A DNA stretch of 49,209 nucleotides, filler included, from Bipalium vagum (lineage: Eukaryota): the NCBI GenBank assembly GCA_037834085.1. It is 2 parts of 2 records of this genome, joined end to end, with 100 filler letters (N's around TTAATTAATTAA, not from the genome) between each part and the next. Parts side by side here need not be neighbours in the genome. Positions count along the whole stretch, not along the records: positions 28,377 to 49,209 come from JBBMKC010245901.1; 1 more part is not named here. One strand, 5' to 3'. The notes beneath the pieces were generated by a model. It was not told where the DNA came from. It ran no database searches and saw nothing but the letters and a program-made list of their open reading frames with translations. Of the stretch, positions 37,901 through 49,209 are shown one piece after another; positions within the stretch are counted from its first letter, which is position 1; each line of letters opens with the position of its first letter. The position numbers were made by a program, and so were the translations under genes.

Positions 37901-40900
37901 CGCATAAATATTTTTTTTAATGTTTGAATAAAATCAGGTAAAATCAGTCGGCGAGAGATCGGGAAAGTAAGGTGTATGTATCAGAATTTCATAATTTAGG
38001 CGTCTCAGCTTATCCATTGTTTGCTTTGCTATGTTCAGACGGGCATTGTTATGTAATAGAATTGGGCCTTTTCTATTTATCAATACATTCTTTTCAACTT
38101 TTCTTGCATAATATCAATTTCTAGGCAGTATTTCTTTGCTGTTATCATTTCTCCCCTTTCAGGTAATCGTAATGAATCACTCCTTTTCAACACCACCATA
38201 TTATAACCATTATCTTTTTTTCGTAATGACTCGGTTTTTGGAAGAACTCGGGACATTCTTTAAGGTGTAACCGTTGTAATGAACGTTTAATATTGTTATA
38301 TAGCAACAATTTTTCATCACAAGTAATCAGACGATGAAGAAATGGGTCGTTTTTCATCCTTAAAATTGATTTCTAAGGATATTTCATAGCGCTTCATTTT
38401 TTGTGGTTAACACGTGGTACCCACGTGTTCAGCTTTTTTGTCTTACCTATTTGTTTTATATGATTGGAAACGGTTCCAATACTGATATCCAGACTTTTGG
38501 TAAGTTTTCTTATTGGTATTCGAGTATCCTCTTCCACTAGAGCCTTTAAATTGTTGTCATCAGGTTTGGAAGGACGGCCAATTCTTTCCAAATCTTCAAG
38601 AGATAAATCTCCATTACAGAACTTATGGTACCAACGTCGTACTGTTGACTGATTAGTCATAGCCCCAAAATTCATTAACTTTTTGAGCAGTTTCATCTAC
38701 TTTTGTACCAAACACTCTATGAATTAAAAATGGGACTTTTTAAAAGTTTAATAAATAATAGATGGATCAAGATGTTAAAACGGTAAAAAGATTTGGAGTC
38801 GTCATAAAATCCATTATTCAAAAAAGTTTTTAAATTTTGTTGACAAAATATTTCTATATAGTTCAGTCTATGGTGAACCTCTGACTTGTATCTATTGTAT
38901 ATTCTTCAGATCCTTTTTTAAACAAGATATTCTTGAAGTTTCTGATAATTTTGGTCTCTCCAATTCTTATTATATACAGCTCGCTTCAATTCTGCCAAAA
39001 ATTTTGAATATGCCGCGCTTCAGGAACATTTGCCGGATTATCCAATGTTTCAACAAAATTCACGTTTTCATCTCTAAGATACTTCTAGACCTTTTTGTGT
39101 AGTGAAATGAAGCTAGATCAGGCGAAAATATATAATTAACATGTTTCTTGACGAATGGCATAACCGATGCTTAATGCATTCATTAAGGTACATATCTTGG
39201 TTAAATTACCGGCTTTGACGGTACAAAAATGGATTGAAAAGGACCTAATGATGAAAACGCTATCCAAATATTTACTTCATTCCAGTGGCGATCTCTAGCT
39301 GCTGTACTGTTGAATGAATCTTCAAATAAGATTAATCATCTAAAATAAAAATAAATTTTTTTGTATTGTAAAGATTTCGGAACTTAGGCACCATTTGTTT
39401 CAGCTGTAATGATAATCGTTTCTGTTTTGTACTTTTCTTAAATGCTTTTCTGTATGTTTTTTTTATTATCATTGAAACGTACGGATGAGAAAAATTAAGT
39501 CTTAGCAACCGAATTTTGACCAATTGCACAGGTATTGTTCAATTTTTCCTAACAATTTCAGGTTGGATTTCGTCGCAATTTTGGGTTGACGACAATCTCC
39601 TTTTTTCCTTTCACCGTTTTCACCACATGACATTAGTCGGTAAACAGTTGATTTTGGTATGCAATGAAATGCCCAGTAATAAAGTTTTTCCCTACATTTA
39701 TGTTTTTATTGTAAATTTTTACAGTACGATTCTTGGGAGTAATTTCTAAAAATGTGAATAATTTAATAATACTGATATATTTATTTTCTATATATCATTT
39801 TAAAGATCTTGATATGCTTAATAAGTTATCTAAGTTTTATAAAAGTCCCATTTTTTATTTACAGGGTGTTTGTCAAAACTCTTAAATAATTTTGGCGCAA
39901 ATCGCGACACACATCCTACATTAAAATTGCAAAAAGGTGATAAAATTTATTTAAAAGCAAAACAGATTAATAATTTAGAGGTTTCCAAAAGAGTAATTGC
40001 GGTTGTTTAAATACTTTACTTTAAGTTAAGACTTTTAGCGATTTTTTTTGTGTTCCAGATATGTCTATCTTTTCAACTCACTTTCTCAGCCTCGACAAGC
40101 TTTTGTTTTTATTCCCATCCACGCGAACAGTGAGAACGGTATCTCGGTTATCGGTTCCGGAAATCAGGCCATAAAATGCCAATTGACTCCATCACTGAGT
40201 TTCAACGAGAAGATTGATCCAACCAAACATTTCGTGTCTTTCAGCTTAAATATTGCACCGTTGGCTTTTGAGAAAGTTCGATTGTTGGTTTCCAACGATT
40301 TGTTGACGGAAAAAAATTGTTTCTCTTCAAACATAAAATTGTTCAATATGGAAAACTCTCTCGGTCTCAGGTATATCAATTGATTGTTTATTGCCTGTTG
40401 ACGTGTCTAAACAGTAAAAATTACAAAGTTCTCCATGAACAATCAAGTTCTTCGAATCCTTTCATAACTATTGAAAACTCTTTATTTAAAGTTTACATCA
40501 ATTCTCAAACGGGCTTAGTCGAAGTTAGATATTATTATTATAATAATTATTATTATTATTAGTAGTAGTTGTAGTCGTAATTATTAACTTTAAAATTGAC
40601 AATAATAAAATTTTTTCAGTCAATTGATAACTCTTTGTTGAAAACGAAACACAATTTGAATGTTTTGTTCAAAAGTTATGGAATTCAATCCAAACCTGAA
40701 TCGTCTGGAGCCTACCTTTTCGTTCCCGATGGAGATGGAAATGTAAATATTTTAATTGAATTATCTATAAAAATTATTGTATTTGTATCGCTGTTCATTC
40801 AATGATGATTTTACATTCCGCTTTTTGATTGTTTCGCTACATTTTTCATGTTATCTTCAAGTGTCAAGCGAGACAAATGTGACAGTATTAAATAATTGTT

Positions 40901-43900
40901 ATTGATCTGTAAATTTTATTGAGAAAATCCTTTAAAAATCCTTATTTAACATTCTTATAGAGTAGAAAATTGTTTCTATCTATTATCAGTGTATATTGTC
41001 ATTTTATATTAATATTCGTCGATTATCAATGAGAAACTTATTTACTTAATTCGTTGAGTATTATCAAATTTATTTACCTGTCACTTAATTAAAATATTTT
41101 TAAAGTTTTCAGAAGTTATTTATTTCTCTCGATCAGTCAGATTAAAATAGTGCTATCGGATCATTAAATTCTTTTAATGTTGACAGTATTGAATACAAAA
41201 ATACATCCAGTGATGGATGATTGATTTTATTGACTAACAAATTTTCAAAACTCTTATGTTGCGATTTGATCGGTAAATTTTTTGCACTTTTGTACTGTAA
41301 CATTTTTACTAATGAAAAATTCATTTCGAAAAACTGTTATATCATTTTCCAATTGACTGATGATATTTCAATTTTGTTAGTCACACTTTCGTTTAATAAG
41401 AGTATTCCGTAGAAATAATTCTTTATTGATCATTAATTTTTATTCATTGTTCATTGGTTAATTATACGATTTGGTTTTATTATTAAAATCACTTAAAAAT
41501 AAAGAATTTCAGTATTGAATAATCTTTGACTTTTTTAATCGTTTTACGTCTCCTATATAACAAAATGTACAATGAGTTAATGAGACTAATTAAATTTCTC
41601 TGAGTGTGCTTCAGTACAACGATTTTTTTAAATTCAACATTTCCAATTATTTCAAAAAAGAATATGAATTAATTATTATTTTAAGATATTGGAATACTAA
41701 AAATTCATTTATTTTCATTTATATTTTATTTCTAATTTTCTTTTGATTTTTTATTTTATTGAAATTATCGTTTTCAGATCATTGATACATCGGGACCCAA
41801 TAGTTTTTTCAATATTCAAGGAAAATTATATGATGAAGTTTTTGTGAAAACCAAATTCATAACACAGATTATTCGGTTATATAAAGTCGATGGTATACAT
41901 TTTTTAAATTTTCAAATTCTCTTCTCGTTTGTGTTTATTACATTTTTTATTAGTCGAACTCTCATAGGACAAGGATTATCTTCAAAATTGTGAGCCATAT
42001 AGGAATTTATGATGTATTTGGTAAAATATCATAAATCTTAAACAATATCAATAAAAATAATAATAAAAATATCCGTTAGATTTTTATTCTATTATTATTA
42101 TAATTGATAAAAATGATTTCAAGTCTGTTTCCGAATTGATTTAAAAATCATCTGTCTGCTAACGATTTTCGTTGATAGATTTGTTTTTCGTGCTCTTTTG
42201 GTTATTGAATTCAACTTTTCGACATAAAAACCTAAAAATCCTTTAAGAAAAGTGGTGAAGATCATACTGACTCGAGTTCTTTGAACCGAATCAACTGAAT
42301 AATCTCTTGATAAATTGTGTTACTTTCACTTAAAATTATATTTTCATTATGAATGATGCACAAACTGACAAATTAAGAAATTCACAAACTTTATTAATAC
42401 GAATGGAAATTACGATATGCAGCTTCGGAAGCTACTAAAAACATTTATTTGGCCTTCGGCAAAGGTACAGCTAATAAACGCATCATTATGTGAAATTTGC
42501 GATGGTTACGAAAGGTAATCAAATGCAAGTCATGTTTGCCCAGAAGCGTCCTTGAAATTTCAGATTTACTGACAGAGATGGAATTAAATTCGAATCAATC
42601 AGTTTGGGATCTTGCTAAAGCATTCATTATTAGTCCAAAGACATTTGAAAGCGGTTCTTAAGATTAAAAAGTCCTGAGTTCCACACTTATTGGACTAATC
42701 ACATTCCATATAACACCATGTCACATTATAGAAGACTAATTGATTATAGAAAAGACTCCATAAAAATTAACTTAGCTTAAATCAATGTCGAGAATTGTGA
42801 TACTTTGAAGATGAGATTATTAGCAATATTCTTGATCATGTTCTATTAATTGATCCACCATTCCTCGTGAATCGTAAGAAACTTTAACAATACTTTTTTG
42901 TTTTTCATATATTAAGCCTGATATTTTAACTCAACCAAACACATTGTAATCAATTATTCCTATCACATTAAGTTTTTATTTAATTTCAATATATAGTGAT
43001 GTCTTGTAATCTAAAATATTTCATAAAAGCATTATTTATATTGTTATAAATATTCAATATCAATTTATCGGTTTATGGAATGTGGTATGTGGTTAATTTT
43101 TTAAAAAATTTTGATTAAAAGAAGTGATAATTCGTCGGAGCAAAGCATGGAGAATAATGTAAATATGGAAGTTTTCATGCTTAAGCTTCTTAAACATCTG
43201 CAACGTTAATTGAAAGACATGTAAACTTATATTGATTTTGAGAAATAATATCGCATGTTTAATGTTTCATTTTCGATTTATTTTAGTTCTATATTGATTT
43301 TGTCAGTTTTAATTGTGTCACTTTGAAAATGGATTAAATCATTAATTTTTTTGTATAAATCGACTTAGGCATATGAAGTGTCAATAAAGTGTAGTCGACT
43401 TTTCACCATTGATTAGAAAACTAATTCTTTCCAGTGAAGAGAAATATCTCCTTTATTTTTAAATCTCTATTGATTTCAGTGTTGCCAAACAAATCTATGA
43501 ATTTTATACTTGACTTATGCTTCATATTATATTCTTTTCCTAGGACTTTTGGTTAATGCTTTAGATATCGACAACATAATCGATATCACTCAACAAAACA
43601 ATTTCGAAATATCAATGGTCATTAAAACTGATTTTGTGGAACCAACTGATTTTTTTTATGTGGATGCGAACTGCTTCCAGGTAGGTAACACTTTCACGTT
43701 TCTGTGCGGATCACCGTTTTTTGAAAGTTTTGATTGGCTTATTTTTTTAGTTTATTCGTAAAAAGAATTTGCTAAAGTTACCAGTTCAAGGAAATGTTTA
43801 TCCCATGAGTTGTGGAGCATACATAGAATCGCAATCGAATTACAATTGGCATCGATTGTCTGTGTTTTCAAAACAAGCCAACGGTTTACGGGGAGGGAAG

Positions 43901-44781
43901 TTTTCAGAGGCCTCTACGAAATTGATGGCTGACAACTCAAACTCATTTTTGGAACTATTTCAAGACAGAATTATCAATCAAGACGATAGGCGTGGTCTAG
44001 AAGAGCCATTAACCGACAATAGAATTGTCACGAAAAAATATCGATTGGTACTGGAGTCTTGGCAAGTATGTTTAATTTTTTTGGATTGATCAGTGATCTA
44101 AGTGAAACATTTCTGATGTAGCAAAATCAAAAAGGCGAAAAATATCACACTCGCGCCGGTGCACAGGACGGAGATAATCGAGGCCTGGGAGAATTGACAG
44201 TAACGGGATTTCAGTTGCTCAACGATTTGAACTATCCCCTTCATCAAACGTATGTCAAGGCCAATTTTACAAATAAGATTCCTTCGAATTTTGTGGGCCA
44301 AAAAAGTCTCATGACCGGTTTCGGTTTTCCGTGCGACTATCAAATGGTTAATTTGCAAACAATTGGCAGCGGTAACTGATTTCTTTTAATACTACTGCTC
44401 ACAGTTGATGCTTGCCTGAAAGAATGCGTGTCACAAAGTCTTTATTCTTTGTTCTCATATTTATTTCCACAGGGTTTCCAAAACTGACCATACATCGATT
44501 AAAGTTGAACTGCTTGGCTAAATATATCGGAGAAGGATCATGTAAGTTCTCCATGAAAAAATCGGTAAGAAATTGTTTTTACAACCATCTCCACCTAGTG
44601 CAAAAAATATAATTTCTTTTTTCAGCCTCTGCTGAAGTCGATGTTCGACGACTTGATAGTGAAATATGTCGATCGATTTACGTTGACTGGAGTGGAGAGC
44701 ATTTCAAGTCACATTCCTCCAGAAGACATTAATATTGATCTGATGGAGTTGGAAACATATGAGTTACATTTTGATTTTTGA
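31909..44781 (+). CDS. Golgi alpha-mannosidase II (GH38, MAN2A1/MAN2A2-like), type II membrane protein, 20 exons
   Basis: Exons 31909-32108, 32149-32302, 32348-32492, 33149-33320, 33367-33494, 33548-33721, 33779-33959, 34531-34711, 36303-36484, 36542-36733, 36797-36976, 40059-40370, 40415-40523, 40620-40742, 41778-41892, 43544-43680, 43751-44065, 44122-44371, 44473-44564, 44626-44781. N-terminal TM anchor; [81 protein letters not shown]. Confidence 0.95.
37228..37385 (-). mobile_element. Mariner 3' end relic (TIR plus C-terminus), intronic
   Basis: [22 protein letters not shown] on the minus strand, followed by a TIR-like TATTTGGTACGCAACTAAGTAATTACG. Confidence 0.6.
37937..39940 (-). mobile_element. 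Decayed mariner in the largest mannosidase intron, interrupted by a DD37E element
   Basis: [54 protein letters not shown]; the N-terminus ([12 protein letters not shown]) is split by the insertion at 38713-39868. Confidence 0.8.
38713..39868 (-). mobile_element. IS630-Tc1-mariner DD37E (TRT-type) element, internally deleted
   Basis: ~30-bp TIRs CACTCTATGAATTAAAAATGGGACTTTT / rc CACCCTGTAAATAAAAAATGGGACTTTT; relic [20 protein letters not shown]...[15 protein letters not shown]...KRAVY with 37 residues between D and the E position (here Q) after one frameshift correction. Confidence 0.8.
42370..42680 (+). mobile_element. Mariner N-terminal relic, intronic
   Basis: [28 protein letters not shown] matches the mariner HTH start (YEF...AAEA..NI...FG..T). 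Confidence 0.55.
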
Positions 44782-44853
44782 TTTTCAATCGTTACATCTT
44801 CTGCTATTGTTGTTTTATCTTTTCTCAAACATCGTATCGATTGGTACTTTGTA

Positions 44854-44859
44854 AATAAA
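44854..44859 (+). promoter_or_regulatory. Candidate polyadenylation signal of the mannosidase gene
   Basis: AATAAA ~73 nt after the stop codon; the motif is common in AT-rich DNA. Confidence 0.4.
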
Positions 44860-45691
44860 TTTAATGTTGCCGTCCAATCAAAAATTCAAGGGCAGTGGGA
44901 ATCGATTTTTTTCCGCAAGTTGATTATTTTTGCATTTAAAATTGAATTTTGTTGAATGTCATTTTGAGCGAAAATTGAAAATTACCATTGAAGAATTTGT
45001 TGCTGTTTTTATTATTATTTTCATTATTATATCTGTCCAGGCACCAAAGACTTTTATTATAGTCCGTTTGTTGAATAAAGGTTAACAATAATAATTTCAA
45101 CTATGGTTAAGGGAAAGTTAACAGTTTTGGATATTTTAATTTTATCTTGCTGTCCAATTCGTGAATGTTTGTCAGAGTAAACGATTGTTTAAAAGATAAC
45201 TGATGGCTTAATGTTCTAAAGGAATCCCGCTGTTTTTTTTTCTGGAATAATTAAAATAATTCTTAAAATGAAGATTTACCACGTAATTAATTTTAAATTT
45301 CAATATCAGAAACTATTGGTTAATAAGAATCAGAATATTTATATTGTTAAGTTATATATCTGTTCATTCTTCAAAAAATATCGTAAGATAAGAATTCAAA
45401 TTAATCTTTTCAGCATTACTTACAATGAATACTCAGCTTATAATAAATAACTACATTTATACTAATTCTTATATTAAAGTAAAATTATTACATAGTTACC
45501 TCCACTTTGATGCAATTTAATAATTAAGAAACTAATAAAGTTCTATTCGAATAAACTAAAAATACTTTTTATTTAAAATGATATAGGCATTTTTAGTTTA
45601 AATGCCACTATAAAATGAAGGTCAAGTAGTTTTGTTTAAATATTCATTTTTATTTAATTATATTTTATAATATTCATATATTATATGTTAA

Positions 45692-46545
45692 ATGGCCCTC
45701 TTTAGGACCGAATATTATGTTTGTGCAATTAATAATAAATCAAAGAGTGATATAATAATATTTATTAAACAACATCAGCATTTGTGGATAATTAAAGCAA
45801 TAAGAAATGACTCCCAAATGTGCTTTTATTTATTCGTCTCGATATAAATTCTAAGACATGATCCTATATTTTGTCTTTGGTCCTATTTCTTGCTTTAATT
45901 TGAACTTTGAGACCATTTCAGGTACCTTCAATTGTAATAGCACGGACTCCAGTTATTTCATTCTTGAATTCTTTAAAATGATTTACTGTTTCATGCTAGA
46001 ATCCTATAGTTTTAAATTTTCCACATGTATGTATATATTATTGATTCTGGTTATACATGATCTGAGATGATATTTTCTTTTACCTAGTTTCGCCTCATCT
46101 ATTTTCACCTCCGATTATGTCATTCTGAAATAAAGGTTATTCGAAATTAATTTTTATAAGCGAACAGATTGTTGCAGAGCTGAAGCCAGTGATTGTCATT
46201 ATTGATGATGTAATGAGTATGCAATGTGTAGGATTTGATGACATTTAATGTTGTGGCTATCGAAAAAGGTATCTTTTTTTATTTGTTTTGTAAGCCATGA
46301 GTATGCAATGTGTAGGATTTGATGACATTTAATGTGGTTATCGAAAAAGGTATCTTTTTTTATTTGTTTTGATTTCCTAAAAGATTTACGACCACATCTA
46401 AATCTCTTTGATTTAATTGAAGATTTATTTTGATCTTGCACGATTGACAAGTTGATTATACTGATAATATATATTTTCCCATAAAAAATTTAATACATTC
46501 TTCATTTATTAAAATATTTTGAATTTGGGTAAATTTTGGAATCAT
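45692..46545 (-). mobile_element. Merlin (IS1016/IS1595-like DDE) transposon remnant
   Basis: CQSC...RFRCGRKS..IKKDTFF zinc-ribbon region, KIDEAKLGKRKYH, GF*HETVNHFKEFKNEITGVRAITIEGT*NGLK...EFISRR; GGCCCTC-starting putative terminus at ~45693. Confidence 0.82.
46213..46371. repeat. Tandem duplication (84-bp period) inside the Merlin relic
   Basis: ATGAGTATGCAATGTGTAGG...TATTTGTTTTG occurs at 46213-46290 and 46297-46371; encodes KQIKKDTFFD..IKCHQILHIAYS twice. Confidence 0.92.
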
Positions 46546-46689
46546 TCTATTAAAAATATCATTTTTATATTAAAAAAATTATTAGTATTCTTCCTCATTA
46601 CCGAATTTTTATAAAAGTTTTTTAAAAATTATAAATTTTTGTATATTCGTTTATTTATAATGATTAAAATAGATATTTTGAACAAAACC

Positions 46690-47245
46690 ACTTTTAGTGA
46701 CATTTATTCTAAAAAACCCGTTGCCTATTATATGAAAGACAATTACTCAAATTCAAATTTGAAGGGAAAAGTTCAGGAGATCATTAAAACATGTAAAGCT
46801 TTTCAGAGATATAAAATTGTCACAACGAGGACCAAGGAAGTGGTTCAGAAAGCAGAGGCGTCAGAAGTTTTTGAAGACATTTAGGTATATATGGGCCTTT
46901 AATAGAAACTATCGGAAGGAAAAAATATATCCTTGATATTATAGATAAATATATTTCTTTAACCGTGATGGTAAGACAAGATAAAAACAAAAGAAAATTA
47001 TGAATAAATGGATATTGAAGTTTGAAAACACAAAAGAAATAAATGTAAATTGTGGTAAAGAATTCGAATATAAAGACATGACAGATTTAGTAGAGAGATT
47101 CAATGTTTATGTTTTTCGAGCACATACCATCACAACACGAATGGTCAAATAAAAAGACAATTGAACCGTGTGCCGAGATTTTACCGGAAGTAGAATTTCC
47201 TCTCAATTCTACACTACAGAAAACAATCGAACTAAGTGCGAAATA
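46690..47245 (+). mobile_element. Ty3/gypsy-type integrase relic
   Basis: IIKTCKAFQRYK (Zn-finger end), MGPL..T..RKKYIL.IIDK, KWILKF..KEINVNCGKEFE, STYHHNTNGQI, AEILPEVEFPLNSTLQKTI; multiple stops and frameshifts. Confidence 0.8.
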
Positions 47246-47248
47246 AAA

Positions 47249-47771
47249 TATGAATGAAATTGTAAAAATAAATTTAATAAAAAAAGGAATTTCCAGGTCT
47301 GAGAAAATTTGTTTAAATATTATTTGTTTTATCACATAATAAATCTATTCAAAAGATGACTTCTCATTCTGAGTATAAGCCGATTGATATTGACAGAAGT
47401 AATACAAATTCCTTACATTTATTATTATTACCGGAATCTTAAAAGCTTTTAGAATAGATATCAAATTGTATTTTAAGTTTTTAATGGCATTTTTAAGGAG
47501 TATATAGACTCTTGGTTTTTACAGTAAAAATGCCCTTAAAAACTTAAAATACAATTTGATATCTATTCTAAAAGCTTTTAAGATTCCGGTAATAATAATA
47601 AATGTAAGGAATTTGTATTACTTCTGTCAATATCAATCGGCTTATACTCAGAATGAGAAGTCATCTTTTGAATAGATTTATTATGTGATAAAACAAATAA
47701 TATTTAAACAAATTTTCTCAGACCTGGAAATTTCTTTTTTTATTAAATTTATTTTTACAATTTCATTCATA
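47249..47771. repeat. Long inverted repeat (fold-back): 247-bp arms, 29-nt spacer
   Basis: Arms 47249-47495 and 47525-47771 are reverse complements; I found two mismatches by eye. Confidence 0.95.
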
Positions 47772-47849
47772 CATTTTAAAATAATTTAAAAACTTCACAG
47801 GACTTCTTATTAATAATAATATTATATATAATATATAATTAATATAATA

Positions 47850-49086
47850 ATATTAATAATAATTTTAATAATGAAATTAAAAAATATTTTCGCAGTTGAT
47901 GATTATAAAAACACGTGTGAAAAAATTAAACCTATAGTTTGTTGGTATTCTTATTGGAAATCTTCATCAATATATTTTATAAATTCTTAAAACTTAGACA
48001 GCAATATATCCAAGTTGGGATATTTGGTTGGAGAAAAAACTTTATAATTAAAAGGTGAATTTACAATAATATTAGTTGCAGACAAAAATATTAATATATG
48101 AAGGTCTTCAGTATCATTTGTTATTTTTGTGAAAGTATCATTTAAAATTTTGTTATTATATTTCAATTGTTTTAAAATCTTTTGAATTTGATTTTGTTAA
48201 TTTTAAGGTATACCGAAGGTATTAGAAACTTCGTTTCTCATTCCTTTGGAATAATAATAATCTACTTTATTAACTTTTGATAAATTCTTTTGACTAGTTA
48301 AAAGTTTTAAATTTTTCCAGTTATTACAACATTTTAAATGTATCTTATTGTTTAAATTAAAATTTGAAATTAGTACAACATGATCTCTATGCCAGTATTT
48401 TCCTTGATTTTCCCAAGTTATTCCATCATAAAATTGAAATTCAATCCACTCATTTAGAAAATCAAAATTACATCCAAATAATTCTTCTGAATGTTTAGAT
48501 TCTCTCTGTTTTTTTTACAACTTTATCTAAGCTAGAATATAAATTGTGCTTACATTTTAACATTGGATTTTCTTGTTTTCTATTTCTATGATAATCATTA
48601 TATTTTATTTTCTGGAATATTTCTATAATTTTTAACGAGTTAGATGACACCATTTACAATTATTTAAGTTTGAATAAAAATCTGTAATTGGTTTAATTTT
48701 AAAACATTTATGACACTCTATTGTTTTTATTTGAAAAGTAAATTTGTTATTGATATTGAAATTTTTAAAATTAAAAAAATTAACATTTATGTGACATAGT
48801 TATTATATTTAGTATGTCTTTGTATGATTCACTCCATTCATTTATATATATATAATTAAATTTTAATTCTTCCCAAGGAAAAATAAAATATTCGATTTTA
48901 AAATAATTGTTAATATCTTGTAAGGAATTTATTATTATGTTTTCTAATTCAGAATATAAATTTTTTAAAAACAAGAGTAAAATAAAAATAATAAAAAATA
49001 ATTTTTATCTATTTCACTCACATTTTTAAAAAAAATTTAACATAAATAACGTTTATTAATTTCATCTAATTTATATATTCATTCAT
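47850..49086 (-). pseudogene. Decayed intronless gene with Cys4 zinc finger and HNH-type endonuclease of the large-DNA-virus/phage type
   Basis: CHKC..IKPITDFY...CKWC (~48645-48715), then a 104-codon open frame 48203-48514: SKHSEELFGCNFDFLNEWIEFQFYDGITWENQGKYWHRDHVVLISNFNL...CCNNWKNLKLLTSQKNLSKVNK; the same frame continues past TAA stops to ~47850. Outer boundaries approximate. Confidence 0.75.
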
Positions 49087-49209
49087 GACATTTAATTTGA
49101 TGTCAGTAGTATATCTCCAGCATATTCCGCACAACAAATAAAAGCTTGTGTGCACACGCTCACTCAAAAATATTTTTTGTCGAGATATTATTAAAAAAAA
49201 TAATAAATA

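Noticed and set aside
47850-49086. Alternative genetic code (TAA=Gln) explaining the in-frame TAA stops
   Set aside because: The same region has several frameshifts, so ordinary decay is sufficient; host genes here use TAA as stop.
1-49209. CRISPR array or prokaryotic defence system
   Set aside because: Eukaryotic intron-containing DNA; no repeat-spacer array seen.

Overview
AT-rich animal genomic DNA with many 40-60 nt introns, (AAT)n microsatellites and abundant mariner relics; a planarian-like invertebrate is my inference, not shown. Three host genes: (1) the C-terminal ~21.6 kb of a spectraplakin (MACF1/dystonin/Shot family) on the minus strand (plectin-type repeats, spectrin-repeat rod, EF-hands, GAR domain, SxIP tail), cut off 5' by a 100-bp assembly gap carrying a TTAATTAATTAA linker; (2) a 3-exon axonemal dynein light chain 4 (DNAL4) missed by the ORF track; (3) a 20-exon Golgi alpha-mannosidase II (GH38). 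Flanks and mannosidase introns hold decayed transposons: a Buster-type hAT containing a mariner and a pogo/Tigger, a Tc1, a DD37E (TRT) element inside a mariner, a Merlin, a gypsy integrase, and two tRNA-Ala-derived repeats. The most unusual feature is at the right end: an intronless, decayed gene for a large-DNA-virus/phage-type HNH endonuclease (not in the ORF track) next to a near-perfect 247-bp fold-back that abuts a broken gypsy integrase, suggesting an endogenous viral element with a hairpin junction. The spectraplakin also shows candidate frame-preserving cassette/micro-exons and a stop-free 54-nt intron that splits its SxIP motif. All calls come from manual reading and translation; no searches were run.
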